A DNA stretch of 64,000 bases, taken from the NCBI GenBank assembly GCA_030390025.1, contig CM059427.1, positions 71,052,001-71,116,000 on the forward strand. The letters run 5' to 3'. The notes beneath the pieces were generated by a model, which made no database searches, had not been told where the DNA came from, and saw only the letters and a list, made by a program, of their open reading frames with translations. The translations under genes were made by a program, and so were the position numbers. The stretch comes from Squalus acanthias (Eukaryota). Below are positions 1 to 12,700 of this stretch, piece after piece. How positions within the stretch are numbered: the first letter of the stretch is position 1; each line of letters begins with the position of its first letter.

Positions 1-328
1 CACTGAGCCCCCCCTTTGGTCTTATCCAGCAGCTGGGACCGTATCTATTCCTTATCTTGTTTTGCAGACCCTTCACTGCACACTGTCTTTTTGCGAGTTC
101 TGCAGAAATTGAATTTAACCATTTCAAATTAACCCTTTCAGTTACAATGCCCAAAGTTGAATGTTGAGGACTTTATTGTTATCTTATGGTCACACGTACA
201 GCCCAAGGGGCAGTGGTTTACATTATAGCCTATTCCCTTGTCAGTGAGGACAGCATTTGATTTGGTGCCTCAGGGCTTAGAGGTAGATAAATCACAGGCA
301 ATGTGCTGGCCAAAGAGTGATTGAGTTC

Positions 329-535
329 AACAACAATAACAACTTGCATTTATATAGCACCTTTAATGTAGTAAAACGTCCCAAGGCACTTAACAGGAAT
401 GTTATCAAACAAAATTTGACACCGAGCCACATAAGGCGATATTAGGACCGGTGAGAGGCAAGTTTTAAGGAGCGTCTTAAAAGAGGAGAGAGAGGCGGAC
501 ATGTTTAGAGAGAGAATTCCAGAGCTTAGGGTCTA
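329..535 (-). mobile_element. L2-clade LINE 3' end fragment
   Basis: Reverse complement of the 3' end of the L2 copy at 3045-3902 (aacaacttgcatttatatagcacctttaatgtagtaaaacgtcccaaggc...). Confidence 0.85.
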
Positions 536-1317
536 CTTCTACACCTGTATGTTCCAAAGAGGAATGTCTTGTAAGAGATACCGACCTGGGCAGAAAGAGT
601 TGGTTTTATATTACTGTTGAATAAAGGAGATAAAGAGCCAAAGTCCATTGTGCAGAACACCATCAAGTTTTAAAACAGATGACACAAAGCTTAGGCATTG
701 AAAAACCTGTAGAATGTAGAAAGAAATAAGAGGTAAAAAGTTCCACAGTTTTAAATTCCTGGGAAAGAATGAGTTAAATAGGAACGTGTAGTATGGTGCA
801 TTTGGAGCTGAGAAGGAACAACAAAAGATTCAGAGGGACCTTGGTTGTAGCCGTATTGACAAAATAGGTTATGACAGAGAGAGATGTGAGAGGATAGAGG
901 TGAGCAAGGGATTATCTTTCAGATGACTAGCTTTTTCCTATCCTGGAGTGTGACAGATGCTGGGGGAGCCTCGCCAGATATGGGAGCTGTATTAAAGCCT
1001 TTGATGTACTTGGATATTATAGAAGGTTTAAGAGTTGTTCCGAGGAACTAAAGTGTTTGGCATGAAATAGGAAATTGAACTGCCTGGAGGCAGATATAGC
1101 AATGGAGGAGATATGCGAATTCCATTTGAGGCCAGAGGAGCTGGGAGGTCAAAAATGTCAATAGAAAAAGGGTTAAGAGTAAAGTCTTCAAAGGTAAGAG
1201 GTAGCCATTGGATTTGCCAAAGATATGAAGAAACTGTGGCTTTGAAGAAGTGACAGAAGATTTAAAATGCCCTTCCCAGTGTGATCTCCTCCTTGGCATC
1301 ACAAGCATTTAACGATG

Positions 1318-1478
1318 TAAAACAAAATAGATTGGGAAAGCGTAGCAGCTCAGTTAGCATCGAAAAGATTCTGATAAAGGGTCCCACTTCTAATGTTAAA
1401 CTGTCTTTGAAACAATGACCTGTTCAATTGCAGATTTTCTGGGCTTATTTAAGAGCTCCAGCATTTGCATTTTTTTTG
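1318..1478. mobile_element. Old, decayed Penelope-like pLTR remnant with a broken hammerhead core
   Basis: ctgataaagggtccc...tgttaaactgtc...ctccagcatttgcatttt resembles the common shark PLE 3' repeat (CTGAnGAAGGGTC..GAAACGTTAAC); the GAAA motif is lost. Confidence 0.45.
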
Positions 1479-1529
1479 TCCCTGGGTAGTTTTCCCCCTT
1501 CGTCTCCACACGTTTACACTGGATATGGT

Positions 1530-2420
1530 TTAATTTGTGGTGACCTTCCTGCTATACCTCAATTAAATGACCATTCTTCATATGTGAGCCCAGATGGTGA
1601 GCATCGGCAGGCTATCTGATCATAGAATCACCACAGAAGGAGGCCATTCGGCCCATCGTGTCTGTGCCGGCTCGTGAAAATAGCTATCCAATTAGTCCCA
1701 CTTCCCTGCTCTTTCCCCATAGTCCTGCAAATTTATCCTTTTCTAGTATTTATCCAATTCACTTTTGAAAGTTACTATTGAATCTGCTTCCATCACATTT
1801 TCAGGCAGTGCATTCAGATTACAACAACAAGTTGCATAAAAAAAATTCTTCATTACCCCCCCTGAATTTATTGCCAATTATCTTAAATCTGTGTCCTCTG
1901 GTTACCGACCCTCCTGCCAGTGAAAACAGCTTCTCCCCATCGACTCTATCAAAACCCCTCATAATTTTGAACACCTCTATCAAATCTCCTTTTAACCTTC
2001 TCTGCTTTAAGGACAACAATCCCAACATCTCAAGTCTCTTCACATAACTGAACTCCCTCATCCCTGGTACTATTTTGGTAAATCTCCTCTGCATTCTCTC
2101 CAAGGCCTTGACATCCTTCCTGAAATGTGGTGTCCAGAATTGGACACAATACATTAGCTGCGGCAAAACCCATGTCGAAACCCAATCCTATCATTACCTG
2201 ATGCCCACTTTCCAGCAATGAGCAGTTTGAACACTTGTAATAGTTTTCCTTCTCAGCTCAGGGACATTAAGCCCAGCCACTGTCCCAAGTGAGAACATCT
2301 AACTTAGCACATACTGGAGTCAAACCTTGTCTGTATGGCTCAATGCTACACCAAGCAGAGCATTCCAGATCACGAAAACAAGTGCATAAACTTGCCTTTA
2401 TTGAATGAGCTATCCGTTTA
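1530..2420 (-). mobile_element. Ancient tRNA-derived SINE (AmnSINE2-like), split by a CR1 insertion at 1620-2160
   Basis: gaccattcttcatatgtgagcccagatggtgag ... ctaacttagcacatactgg...tctgtatggctcaatgctacacc; homologous to copies at 7585, 23665, 38195, 44170, 53680. Confidence 0.6.
1620..2160 (-). mobile_element. CR1/HER1 LINE, 5'-truncated
   Basis: ORF 1819-2166 YCVQFWTPHFRKDVKALERMQRRFTK...RGHRFKI is the CR1 ORF2 C-terminus; catagaatca tail. Confidence 0.95.
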
Positions 2421-2457
2421 GGTATGGCACCCCCACACCAAAACAGATAGCTTTTTT

Positions 2458-2846
2458 AAAATTCTTTCACAGGATGTGGATAACGCCAGCAAGGCCAGCA
2501 TTTATTGCCCTTGAGAAGGTGGTGATGAGCAGCCTTCTTGAATACAAATGAATGGTTTGCTAGGCCATTTCAGAGGGCAGTTAAGAGTCAACCACATTGC
2601 TGTGGGTCTGGAGTCACACATAGGTCAGACCATGTGAGGACTGCAGATTTCCTTCCCGAAAGGGCACTATTGACAACAACGGTAGTTTCATGGTCACCAC
2701 TATGATACTAGCTTTTTATTCCCAATTTTATAATTAAATTTAAATTCCCAGCTGCCATGGTGGGATTTGAACTCATTTCTCCAGATTATTAGTCGAGGCC
2801 TCTGGATTACCAGTCCAGTAACATAACCACTCTGCTACCGTACCCC
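2458..2846 (-). mobile_element. tRNA-derived SINE (probable MetaSINE-type central domain) whose tail is shared with the LINE at 38562
   Basis: Minus strand begins GGGGTACGGTAGCAGAGTGG (A box) with GAGTTCAAATCCC (B box); central GTGACTCCAGACCCACAGCAATGTGG; tail GGGCAATAAATGCTGGCCTTGC. Confidence 0.75.
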
Positions 2847-3044
2847 TTGTTCAGTAAAGGCTCTGCTTGGTGTAGCAGGGCGGGGGTGGGGTGCGGGTTT
2901 GAGGTAAATTGTGTAACATTGCACTCCCGATGCAGAACCTCATGTGACTGCTGCATATATTGGGAATTCAGGCACCAAGCTCAATGTGCCGCACGCGATT
3001 TTAATCAAGCAGGCTGCGAATCGGGTGCACAACCCATGTTTGGT

Positions 3045-3902
3045 GAAATAGATGTTATGTTGGAGATGTTTGGAGACCGAAACCATTGTTTTCGGTCGCC
3101 GCCATAAACTCCGTTCCGTAGCCATTGACTCCATCCCTCTCCCTAACATCTGTCTGAGGCTGACCCACACTGTTTGCAACCTTGGTGTCATATTTGACCC
3201 TGAAATGAGCTGCCGACCGTATATCGACGGCATAACTAAGACTGCCTATTTCCACCTCCGTAACATCGCTGCTCTCCGCCCTTGCCTCAGCTCATCCGCT
3301 ACTGAAACCCTCATCCATGCCTTTGTTACCTCTAGACCTGACTATTCCAACGCACTTCTGGCTGGCCTCCCACATTCTACCCTACATAAACTTGAGGTCA
3401 TCCAAAACTCGGCTGCCCGTGTCCTAACTCGCACCAAGTCCCGTTCGCCCATCACCCCTGTGCTCGCTGACCTACATTGGCTCCCGGTTAAGCAACGCCT
3501 CGATTTCAAAATTCTCATCCTTGTTTTCAAATCCCTCAATGGCCTCGCCCCTCCCTATCTCTGTAATCTCCTTCAGTCCCACAACCCCCCCGAGATAATC
3601 TGGGCTCCTCTAATTCTGCCCTCTTGAGCATCCCTGATTATAATCGCTCAACCATCAGTGGCTGTGCCTTCTGTTGCCTAGGCCCTAAGCTCTGGAATTC
3701 CCTGCCTAAACCTTTCTGCCTCGCTACCTCTTTTTCCACCTTTAAGACGCTCCTTAAAACCTACCTCTTTGAGCAAGCTTTTGGTCACCTGCCCTAATTT
3801 CTCCTTATATGGCTCGGTGTCATTTTTTTGTCTTATAATACTCCTGTGAAGTGCCTTGGGACGTTTTACTATGCTAAAGGGGTGATATAAAGACAAGTTG
3901 TT
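3045..3902 (+). mobile_element. L2-clade LINE, 5'-truncated (ORF2 C-terminal part plus 3' UTR)
   Basis: ORF 3052-3627 KTAYFHLRNIA...IHAFVTSRPDYSNALLAG...LHWLPVKQRLDFKIL is typical of L2. Confidence 0.95.
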
Positions 3903-3911
3903 TTTTTTTCT

Positions 3912-4505
3912 ATTCATTCATTCTCAGGATGTCAGCTTCTCTGCCAAGACCGGCATTTATTGCCCATCCTTAGCTTCCCTGCTTAGCAGTTTCATACAAC
4001 CACTAGGCCACTTCAGAGTCAATCACGTTGGTGTGGGTCTGGAGTCACATATCGGCCAGACTGGGTAAGGGCAGCAGGTTTCCATCCCTAAAAGAAAGAA
4101 AGCCTTGCATTTATATAGCGCCTTTCATGACCACCGGACGAACAAAAGCACTTTACAGCCAATGAAGTACTTTTGGAGTGTAGTCACTGTTGTAATGTAG
4201 GAAACGCGGCAGCCAATTTGCGCACAGCAAGCTCCCACAAACAGCAATGTGATAATGACCAGATAATCTGGTTTTGTATGTTGATTGAGGGACATTAAAG
4301 GACATTAGTGAACCAGTTGTGTATTGACGAAAATCTGACAGCTTCATGGTCACTTTTACTGATCCCAGCTTTTTATTCCCAGATTTTTTTTAAACTGAAT
4401 TCGAATTCTCAAACTGCCACGGTGGGATTTAAACTTACATTCCCTGGATTATTAGTTCAGGCCATTGGATTACCAGTGGAGTACCAGAACCACTACACAG
4501 CAGTA
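3912..4505 (-). mobile_element. Second copy of the MetaSINE-like element, interrupted by a Deu-SINE fragment
   Basis: Homologous to 2458-2846 (gtgggtctggagtcacatat...; ggacattagtgaaccag...gggatttaaac). Confidence 0.75.
4093..4293 (-). mobile_element. SacSINE1-type Deu-SINE, 3' half
   Basis: aagaaagaaagccttgcatttatatagcgcc...gcagccaatttgcgcacagcaagctcccacaaacagc. Confidence 0.9.
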
Positions 4506-4894
4506 GCCAGTTAATTTAAGTAGTTTGGAAATCCACAGAGTTCAATGGGTAAACTGATAATTAAGAAACACACTTTTAGAAATGGAAAGCTTTATCACCA
4601 CATTTTGTGCAGGCTGCAGCCTGAGACGTGATAGATGGCGTCTTCTCATTCCTGCGCTCGTCTAGGTTACTGCATTAACGGACAACAGCCTTTGTTCTGT
4701 TGCCTACTGGGGTCCTTCACTGAAGACAGCAGCTTGCTGAGATAGATTACAAAGCCCTGGGATGTAAGGATGGCGGCGGGAAGACTGGAAGGTGAGGAGG
4801 AGTAATATCATTTTGTAAAAAAGGTCATAAGCACGACCCGAGGAATTATAATAGGAAAGGACAGTAATAGTTCTAATTGGGCAGCCGGCACTCG

Positions 4895-5224
4895 TGGAAT
4901 CCCCGAGGGGTTGGTCCTGGGAACTCTGTTGTTTAGAAGATTTATTAATGATCCTGATGGTGGTATTTTCTGTAGAATGCGTCCAAATAATGTGGGAGAG
5001 CAAAGTGTTCAAGCAGAGGGATATTGTTCAAAGAACTCTACAGTAACTGGACCTGTGAGTGACAAATTGGATTTGATATTACAAAATGTAAAATAATGGA
5101 GATTGATACTAAAATAGCAAATATGAATGAACATTGATGGGCATAATATTAAATAAAATTAAGCAATATAAGAATTGGGTATGATAGCTAATCAAGTAAA
5201 AGTGTCCTCACACTGAAAGGCAAT
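4895..5224 (+). mobile_element. Old CR1 RT fragment; continues at about 7545 after the Harbinger-type insertion
   Basis: VLGTLLFRRFINDPD resembles CR1 GSVLGPLLF..INDLD; downstream gagaatgttagga resembles the RMLG motif. Confidence 0.65.
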
Positions 5225-5988
5225 AGGCTGAATTTTCCGGGGTGGTAGTGGGCGCGATCGGCGGCGGGTCGGGTGGGAAAGTTGTTATTTTTGACAGCGG
5301 GTCGGGAACCTGCTGTCATCTCGCTCCCACGCGCCTTTTCCCCAGGCGCGTCTGTCATCGCGGAGGCAACCCAACCGGCAGCGGCAGGTGACCCAATTGA
5401 AATGATTATCAGGTAGTTTACAGGCACTTAAGAACTTTTTTTCACTTACTTTTTAAATTTCCCTGAATGGCCACGGGATTCACACAGCTCGGGAACCACA
5501 TCTGTCAACCTGAGGCGGGAGTTCCGTGACCATTGCTCCAGCTGATTACTTGACAGCATGATAAACAAACCAAAATAAAAACATGTTGATTACATCAGCT
5601 AACAGATTGTTGGAGATTCTGTTCGACTTGAAAAGCTGCTGGTAAATGTTCATTCAGAAATTCCTGAAGGGATGTGAATTCTGAAGGCTCCTCTCATACC
5701 CTGGATGGTGAGGGAAATACTTTTTTCACTGGCCATTTTCACATGTTGCCTTCCAACTCAACAGTAATTGCAGTGAATTGATCTGCACTGTAAAAAATGA
5801 CATATACCATTTAAATAAATGTTTGTGTTGTTTCTGGTCAGTTTTTCTCACAGTATACTGTGATTGTCCAGTTACACATTAAATCAAGTCATCAACCATA
5901 ACAATTTAATTCTCATCACTCATTCTACTGGTTCAATTTGCTTTCAGTCCCTGAATATGACTAATTTAATTTTTCAATCTGAGACTTT

Positions 5989-6146
5989 GGGGTGAATTTC
6001 TGTGGAGGTTCTCTCACTTGTCCATTGTTAACTTCAGTGGAAGAGCTGCAGAAATCCCAGAAACGCATTATAAGCACCACTTACACTGTTTGTCAGGGTT
6101 TCCACAGCTCTTCTGCTGAACTTGCATAAGATTGTAAATCCACCCC
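5989..6146. mobile_element. Hairpin MITE (Harbinger-type)
   Basis: TIR ggggtgaattt / aaatccacccc, internal inverted arms ttcagtggaagagctg / cagctcttctgctgaa, TSD TTT. Confidence 0.7.
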
Positions 6147-6326
6147 TTTAAAATTACATTTAAAATCTGCTTATTTTTATATATTACCTATACACACACA
6201 CATTTTATTTGTACCAGTTACTGATACAAAAGTCTATAGATTTGTGACTAAACCACCAATAACTTCCCAATTAACATACTTTTTAAATATGTTCTTGATC
6301 ATATTTGTAGATGATGTCATATTACT

Positions 6327-7222
6327 TAGAATCATAGAATGGTTACAGCACAGAAGGAGGCCATTTGGCCCGTCGAGCCCGTGCTGGCTCTCTGCAAGAG
6401 CACTTCAGCTAGTCCCATCCCCCGCCCTTTCCCCGTAGCCCTGAAAATGTCTTTCCTTCAGATACTTATCCAATTCCCTTTGGAAAGCCGTGAATGAATC
6501 TGCCTCTACCACCCTTTCAGGCAGTGCATTCCAGATCCTAACCACTCGCTGCGTAAAAAAGTTTTTTCTTACATCGCCTTTGGTTCTTTTGCCAATCACC
6601 TTAAATCTGTGTCCTTTGCTTCTCGACCCTTCTGCCAATAGGAACAGTTTCCCTCTATCTACTCTGTCCAGACCCCTCATGATTTTGAACACTCGATCAA
6701 ATCTCCTCTTAATCTTTTCTGCTCTAAGGAGAACAACCCCAGCTTCTCCAGTCTGTCAATGTAACTGAAGTCCCTCATTCCTGGAATCATTCTCGTAAAT
6801 CTTTTCTGCACCCTCTCTAAGGCCTTCACATCCTTCCTAAAGTGTAGTGCCCAGAATTGGACACAGTACTCCAGTTGGGGTCGAACCAGTGTTTTATACA
6901 GGTTCATCATAATTTCCACACTTTTGTATTCTATACCTCTATTTATGAAGCCCAGGATCCCGTAAGCCTTTTTTAACTGCTTTCTGAACCTGCCCTGCCA
7001 CCTTCAACAATTTGTGCACACATACCCCCAGGTCTCTCTGTTCGTGCACCCCCTTCAGGATTGTGCCATTTTGTTTATATGTCCTCTCCTCATTCTACCA
7101 AAATGTATCACTTCATAATTTTCTGCATTAAATTTCATCTGCCACGTGTCCACTCATTTCACCAGCCTGTCTATGACTCTCCTCACTGTTCACTATACTT
7201 CCAAGTTTTGTGTCATCTGCAA
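6327..7222 (-). mobile_element. CR1/HER1 LINE, 5'-truncated
   Basis: ORFs 6677-6919 and 6405-6692 ([27 protein letters not shown]); the fragment begins at the ADDTKL motif; agaatcatagaat tail. Confidence 0.95.
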
Positions 7223-7761
7223 TGATATTTAAATATTTATTTGTCACTCGTATATAACATATTATATTATTGTAAAGTAAAGATTCAACACCCACTTTGT
7301 TAGATTAAACGTCAAATGTAATGTGGCCAGGGTCCCTTTAAGGATCCCGGCTTAAAACGCGTCATGAATGACACCACCAGACCCGCTCCATCTAATTGGG
7401 CTGGGTAACGCACTAGGTGGTCTTAATAGGCCTCATTAAGGTAAGTTCATTTACAACAGCGGGATGGAGCCAGCAGCGGGGTCGGGACCCGCCATGGACA
7501 CCGCCCGCTCCGGACCTGCCCAGGTAGTCAAAATTCCGGCCAATGATTGTCAGCTGAAGAGAATGTTAGGATATCCAAGCTACTATTCCCTCCAATTTTA
7601 TTCTGTCCTCTTCTGAAGATTCTGCTCAGACTGGGTTACAATTCCAGGGTTGGCAGCAACCTCCTGTTTCTGGCCCAAGTAGACATTTTTTATGTGAGAG
7701 CCTAGATGGTGAATTTCAGCAGATGATTCAGGGAGGTGAAGGCCAATCCAATCTTTCCTTA

Positions 7762-8251
7762 CAACGAAGGTTCACTAGATTGATTCCTGGGATGAGAGGG
7801 CTGTCCTATAATGAGAGATTGTGTAGAATGGCCCTATACTCTCTGGAGTTTAGAAGAATGAGAGGTGATCTCATTGAAACTTACAAGATTCTGAAGGGGA
7901 ATGACATGGTAGATGCTGAGAGGTTGTTTCCCCTGGCTGGAGTGTCTCGAACTCGAGGGCGCAGTCTCAGGATAAGGGGTAGGCCATTTAAGACTGAGAT
8001 GAGGAGGAATTTCTTCATTCAGCGGGTTGTGAATCTTTGGAATTCTCTGCCCCAGAGGGCTGTGAATGCTGAGTCTTTGAGTCTATTCAAGGCTGAGATA
8101 GATAGATTTTTGGACTCTAGGGGAATCAAGGGATATGGAGATTGGGCAGGAAAGTGGAGTTGAAGTCGATGATCAGCCATGATCTTATTGATTGGCGGAG
8201 CAGGCTCGAGGGACCGTATGGCCTCCTCCTGCTCTTATTTCTTATGTTCTT
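7762..8251 (+). mobile_element. CR1 LINE 3' fragment
   Basis: ORF QRRFTRLIPGMRGLSYNERL...NLWNSLPQRAV; ttcttatgttctta tail. Confidence 0.95.
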
Positions 8252-8356
8252 ACCCAGTGTCTATACACTTGCGTCTTCTGTACGATGAACCCTGGCTAAT
8301 TATGTTATTGACAGGTCGCACAACACCAGGTTATAGTCCAACAGTTTTATTTGAAA

Positions 8357-8398
8357 TCACAAGCTTTCGGAGCTATCGATTGCTCCTTCCTCAGGTGA
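8357..8398 (-). ncRNA. Minimal type-I hammerhead ribozyme motif (inverted copy)
   Basis: Exact reverse complement of 8555-8596. Confidence 0.8.
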
Positions 8399-8554
8399 AG
8401 TAAATTAGATACAGAATCGCCAAAGCATATATAGATAGAAAACAAAGCATGTGTACCTTACATGTGTACCTTACACTAGTGGTCTGCAATTGTAAGGTAC
8501 ACATGCTTTGTTCTCTATCTATATATGCTTTGGCGATTCTGTATCTAATTTACT

Positions 8555-8596
8555 TCACCTGAGGAAGGAGCAATCGATAGCTCCGAAAGCTTGTGA
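8555..8596 (+). ncRNA. Minimal type-I hammerhead ribozyme motif
   Basis: UCAC-CUGAGGA-A-GGAGC(AAUCGAUA)GCUCC-GAA-AGCU-U/GUGA: CUGANGA and GAAA core, 5-bp stem II, 4-bp stem I, palindromic stem III. Confidence 0.8.
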
Positions 8597-9253
8597 TTTC
8601 AAATAAAACTGTTGGACTATAACCTGGTGTTGTGCGACCTCTCAATTTTGTCCACCCCAGTCCAACACCGGCATCTCCGCATCATAATTATGTTATCCCT
8701 AACTGCCCTAGCCCAGAAGCACTTGGGTTAGTTATGCCACCTTTATTGTTGCCACCCTAACTGGGATCATCTCAGTTGTCACAAACTAAAGATCAAACCT
8801 GGCAACGTGCCTGCGCCAACCTTCCCCTGCACAGACCTGCTCTTCTCTCTGACGCTTGGGGTTGATTTCCGCTCTATTATCAGAGCTGACTGTCTTTCAC
8901 CTCTGCTTTCTAGCTGGCTGGTTTTGAGATGCCAACTTTTTGATGCCATTGATTAGCGTTTATTTGATTTCTAGCTTGGCATTCATAAAATTGGAAACTG
9001 CCACAAAGTATTCTGAGCGAAAAAAAGCAGGAATCGTACTCCCTTTTTAAAATTTTACCCTGGTTCATGTGGAACTTCCTGTAGCATTACTTATAGGCGA
9101 CTGTCAGTCAAGATTAGCAAGTGATCAACTTTGGACAACAGAAGCTGTCAAACTACCTGACCCAAGGAACAAACTGCAGCAACTTTTCAAGGACAGCAAC
9201 TTTTTTTTTGTTTGCTCTCTTTACTACAAGTTAATTTGGGACAATTTTTTAAA

Positions 9254-9856
9254 AATTCATTCTCGGGATATGGGCGTCGCTGGCATTTATTGCCGATCCC
9301 TAGTTGCCCTTGAGAAGGTGGCCTTCTTCTTGAACTGCTGCAGTCCATGTGGTGAAGGTACTCCCACAGTGCTGTTAGGTAGGATTTTTCCAGGTTTTTG
9401 ACCCAGTGATGATGAAGGAACGGCGATATATTTCCAAGTCAGTATGGTGTGTAACTTGGAGGGGAACTTGGAGATGGTGGTGTTCCCATGCGCCTGCTGC
9501 CCTTGTCCTTCTAGGTGGTAGAGGTCGCGAGTTTGGGAGGTGCTGCCGAAGAATTGCTGGCGAGTTGCTGCAATGTATCTTGTAGATGGTACACACTGCA
9601 GCCATGGTGTGCTGGTGGTGGAGGGAGTGGATGTTTAAATTGGTGGATGGGCTGTCGATCAAGCTTTGTCCTGCATGGTGTTGAGACTCATGACTGTTGT
9701 TGCAGCTGCACCCGTGAGGGCAAGTGGAGACAATTTCATCACACTCTTGACCTGTAGGTGGTGGAGAGGCTTTGGGGAGTCTGGAAGTGAGCCACTCGCC
9801 GCAGAATACCCAGCCTCTGACCTGCTCTAGTAGCTAGAGTAATAATGTGGCTATAT
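9254..9856 (-). mobile_element. Second CR1-group LINE family (Crack/Daphne/L2B-like), 3' fragment
   Basis: LNIHSLHH...AAVCTIYKIHCSNSP and ATRAGQRLGILRRV; homologous to 38562-39952. Confidence 0.85.
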
Positions 9857-10496
9857 TTTTGTTGACATAATACCGTTTCTAAATGTGATCTTTCCAATTG
9901 TGAGTCACGTGCACCAGACCTTGCCTCCTGCGAAAAACATGAACAGCAAACTGAGTCTGTCACGAGCTGGATGGAGTTCACTGTCCTGTTAAACCTAATG
10001 TGGTTGCTTTGATTCACGGACTTTATAAATGATATATACACTACATAACCCAATGCCATTCATGTATTTTTAAACAACTTTTAGGATGGATCATGCAGTT
10101 GTATCAGTGTAATGTAGTTATATTGTACAAGGATTTAAATTACTGATAGTGATACCACTTGAAACAATATAAGGACATAGGACTGTACAAGACCAGAAAA
10201 GGCCATTGCATCTGGCTGGTTCCAAACACTACAGAATTCAATCATCTCCTACCCCTCAGTCAATTCTACCACCAAGATAAAACAAGCTCCCTTTGGAATT
10301 TGCTGACACTATCTACCTCCACTGTCTCCCTGGATATCTTTAGAGTGCAGAAGGAGGCCATTCGGCCCATTGTGCCTGTGCCAGCTCTTTGAAAGAGCTA
10401 TCCAACTCCCCCGTTCTTTCTCCACACCTTCGACGTACAATACATTTTTAAATTAAGACCCTGGAAGGCTAAACCTAACAATGCAGCACACTTTTT

Positions 10497-11449
10497 AGAA
10501 ACATAGAAACATTAAAAAAAATAGGAGCAGGAGTAGGCCATTCGGCCCTTCGAGCCTGCTCCGCCATTCATGGCTGATCCTCTATCTCAATACCATATTC
10601 CCACTCTTTCCCCATACTTCTTCACGCCTTTTGCATCTAGAAATCTATCTATCTCCTTCTTAAATATATTCAGTGACTTGGCCTCCACAGCCTTCTGTGG
10701 TAGAGAATTCCACAGGTTCACCACCCTCTGTGTGAAGAAATTTCTCCTCATCTCAGTCCTAAATGTCCTACCCTGTATCCTGAGACTGTGACCCCCTCGT
10801 TCTAGACCCCCCAGCCAGGGGAAACATCCTCCCTGCATCCAGTCTGTCTAGCCCTGTCAGAATTTTATATATTTCAATGAGATCCCCTCTCATTCTTCTG
10901 AACTCTAGTGAATACAGGTCGAGTCGACCCAATCTCTCCTCATACGACAGTCCTGCCATCGCAGGAATCAGTCTGGTGAACCTTCACTGCACTCCCTCTA
11001 TGGCAAGTATATCCTTTCTTAGGTAAGGAGACCAAAACTGTACACAGTACTCCAGGTGTGGTCTCACCAAGGCCCTGTATAACTGCAGTAAGACATCCTT
11101 GCTCCTGTACTCAATGAAATGAAGGCCAACATACCATTTGCCTTCCTAACTGCTTGCTGCACCTGCATATTTGCTTTCAGTGACTGGTGTATAAGGACAC
11201 CCAGGTCCCTTTATACATCAACATTTCCCAGTTTACCACCATTTAAATAATACTTTGCCTTTCTGTTTTTCTTACCAAAGTGGATAACTTCACATTTATC
11301 CACGTTATACTGCATCTGCCATGTTTTTGCCCACTCACTCAACTTGTCTAACTTGCCTTGAAGCCACTTTGCATCCTCCTCACAACTCACAATCCCACCT
11401 AGTTTTGTGTCGTCAGCAAACTTGGAAATATTACATTTGGTTCCCTCAT
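10497..11449 (-). mobile_element. CR1 LINE (young CATAGAAA-tail subfamily)
   Basis: KCNISKFADDTKLGG...WQMQYNVDKCEVIHFG; RRNFFTQRVVNLWNSLP; agaaacatagaaac tail. Confidence 0.95.
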
Positions 11450-12700
11450 TTCCCCTTCCCCCCATTTCTTTCCCCCTTCCTCTCCCCCGGGTTCCTCCTC
11501 TCTCACCCTCTGACTTACCGCAGTCCGGTCCCCACTAGAGTACTTCAGCTAGATTGTCTGGTGGGTGTTATTTTAACAATGGAGTTTCAATCAGCTTAAA
11601 ATAAATGGGCGAATACCCGCATTAAAATAATGTTCATCTGAAAATCGAGGTTCTTTTCTTTTGTGAAAGTTTTGGCAGTTAATTTTATTTCTTGATGTTT
11701 CAGCAGTCATGAATGTTGATATGCAGTGCTTTGTCTGAAAGCTGTGATAAAATTGGCAAGCTAATTTTCTCTTCTGCCTCTTGGTGATTCAGATGCCGAC
11801 ATGTTTGCTGAAAAGAGCTGCTTAAGACAAAGTAATAGGTCCATTTGTTACAGGATGAATTGGATAAGTACAGATGAGGGAGGCTATTCAGCACATCTTA
11901 GCTTATCTATCCAGGGGGAAAGAAAAACTTGCAGTCCCACCGTCATATCGTCCAACTGGATCTTGAAGATCCAAGATTTATCCTTCACTACCCTATACTG
12001 ATCCAAATCTTGCTCACTCTTTGCATGAAGCTCTTCCTGACCTAAATTGACCTTTATCCTCTACTCTTTTGACCTGCTCTCTTGATTTATGTTGAAATAG
12101 TGCCCCTGATTTACCGTGTGCTTATGATTTATTATTTTATTTACTTCTGTAATATCCCACTCAGTCACCCCCTCTTAAGGCTAAAGAGCCCTAAAGTCCT
12201 CAGTCATAACCCAATCCTCTGACACCTGAGGGGCGATTGAACCACCCCGCCCGATACATGCAAGTCGGGGTCCTATGATGTCATTGGGGCTTCTCCTTTG
12301 TGCCTGCAACTTGAAGTATGATGATGTAAATTCAGAAAGGTGAAAGTGTTTACAGTAATAATGAGTTATTTGGCCGTGCATCAATCATTTTTGAGAAGAG
12401 AAATTGGAATGATAAGTGTCAATTCTTATTTATCTTCCACAAATTCACTAATTGGACCTTAGGAACCCAAGAAGTTTTCAAAGCAAGCCTCTGTAGCTAT
12501 TGATGAATTAGCAACAGGAATGAGAGCCTTACTTCTAACCTGTGATGCTGCCCATAAAGAGGATAATATCTGGAGAGGAGAGTTATTAAGAAAATTGGAA
12601 ATTAGGCAAGCATCGTTTTTTACTTTCCCTGTCCTACAGAGTGGGTGATCGGCAGATGGCTAAATCTTGGTATAATATGTAACTTTACTTGAACTAAATT

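Larger units (their letters stand above)
5225..7541. mobile_element. Non-autonomous PIF/Harbinger-type DNA transposon containing a nested MITE and CR1
   Basis: Imperfect TIRs aggctgaatttt / aaaattccggcc, GC-rich subterminal arms, 3-bp TSD AAT (5222-5224, 7542-7544). Confidence 0.65.
8309..8684 (+). mobile_element. Penelope-like element: pLTR with an inverted 5' copy and a 40-bp 3' tail
   Basis: Near-perfect inverted arms of about 155 bp; 12-bp TSD taattatgttat (8297-8308, 8685-8696); same sequence as the 3' end of the GIY-YIG-bearing copy at 35499-36267. Confidence 0.9.
7585..8805 (-). mobile_element. AmnSINE2-like ancient SINE split by CR1 (7762-8251) and Penelope (8309-8684) insertions
   Basis: ggcccaagtagacattttttatgtgagagcctagatggtga ... 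ccctagcccag...gccaccctaactgggatcatc...gatcaaacctgg. Confidence 0.6.

Noticed and set aside
1371-1402. Hammerhead-like CTGATAAAGGGTCCC...
   Set aside because: Core G8 and GAAA are mutated and stem II is broken; treated as a dead relic
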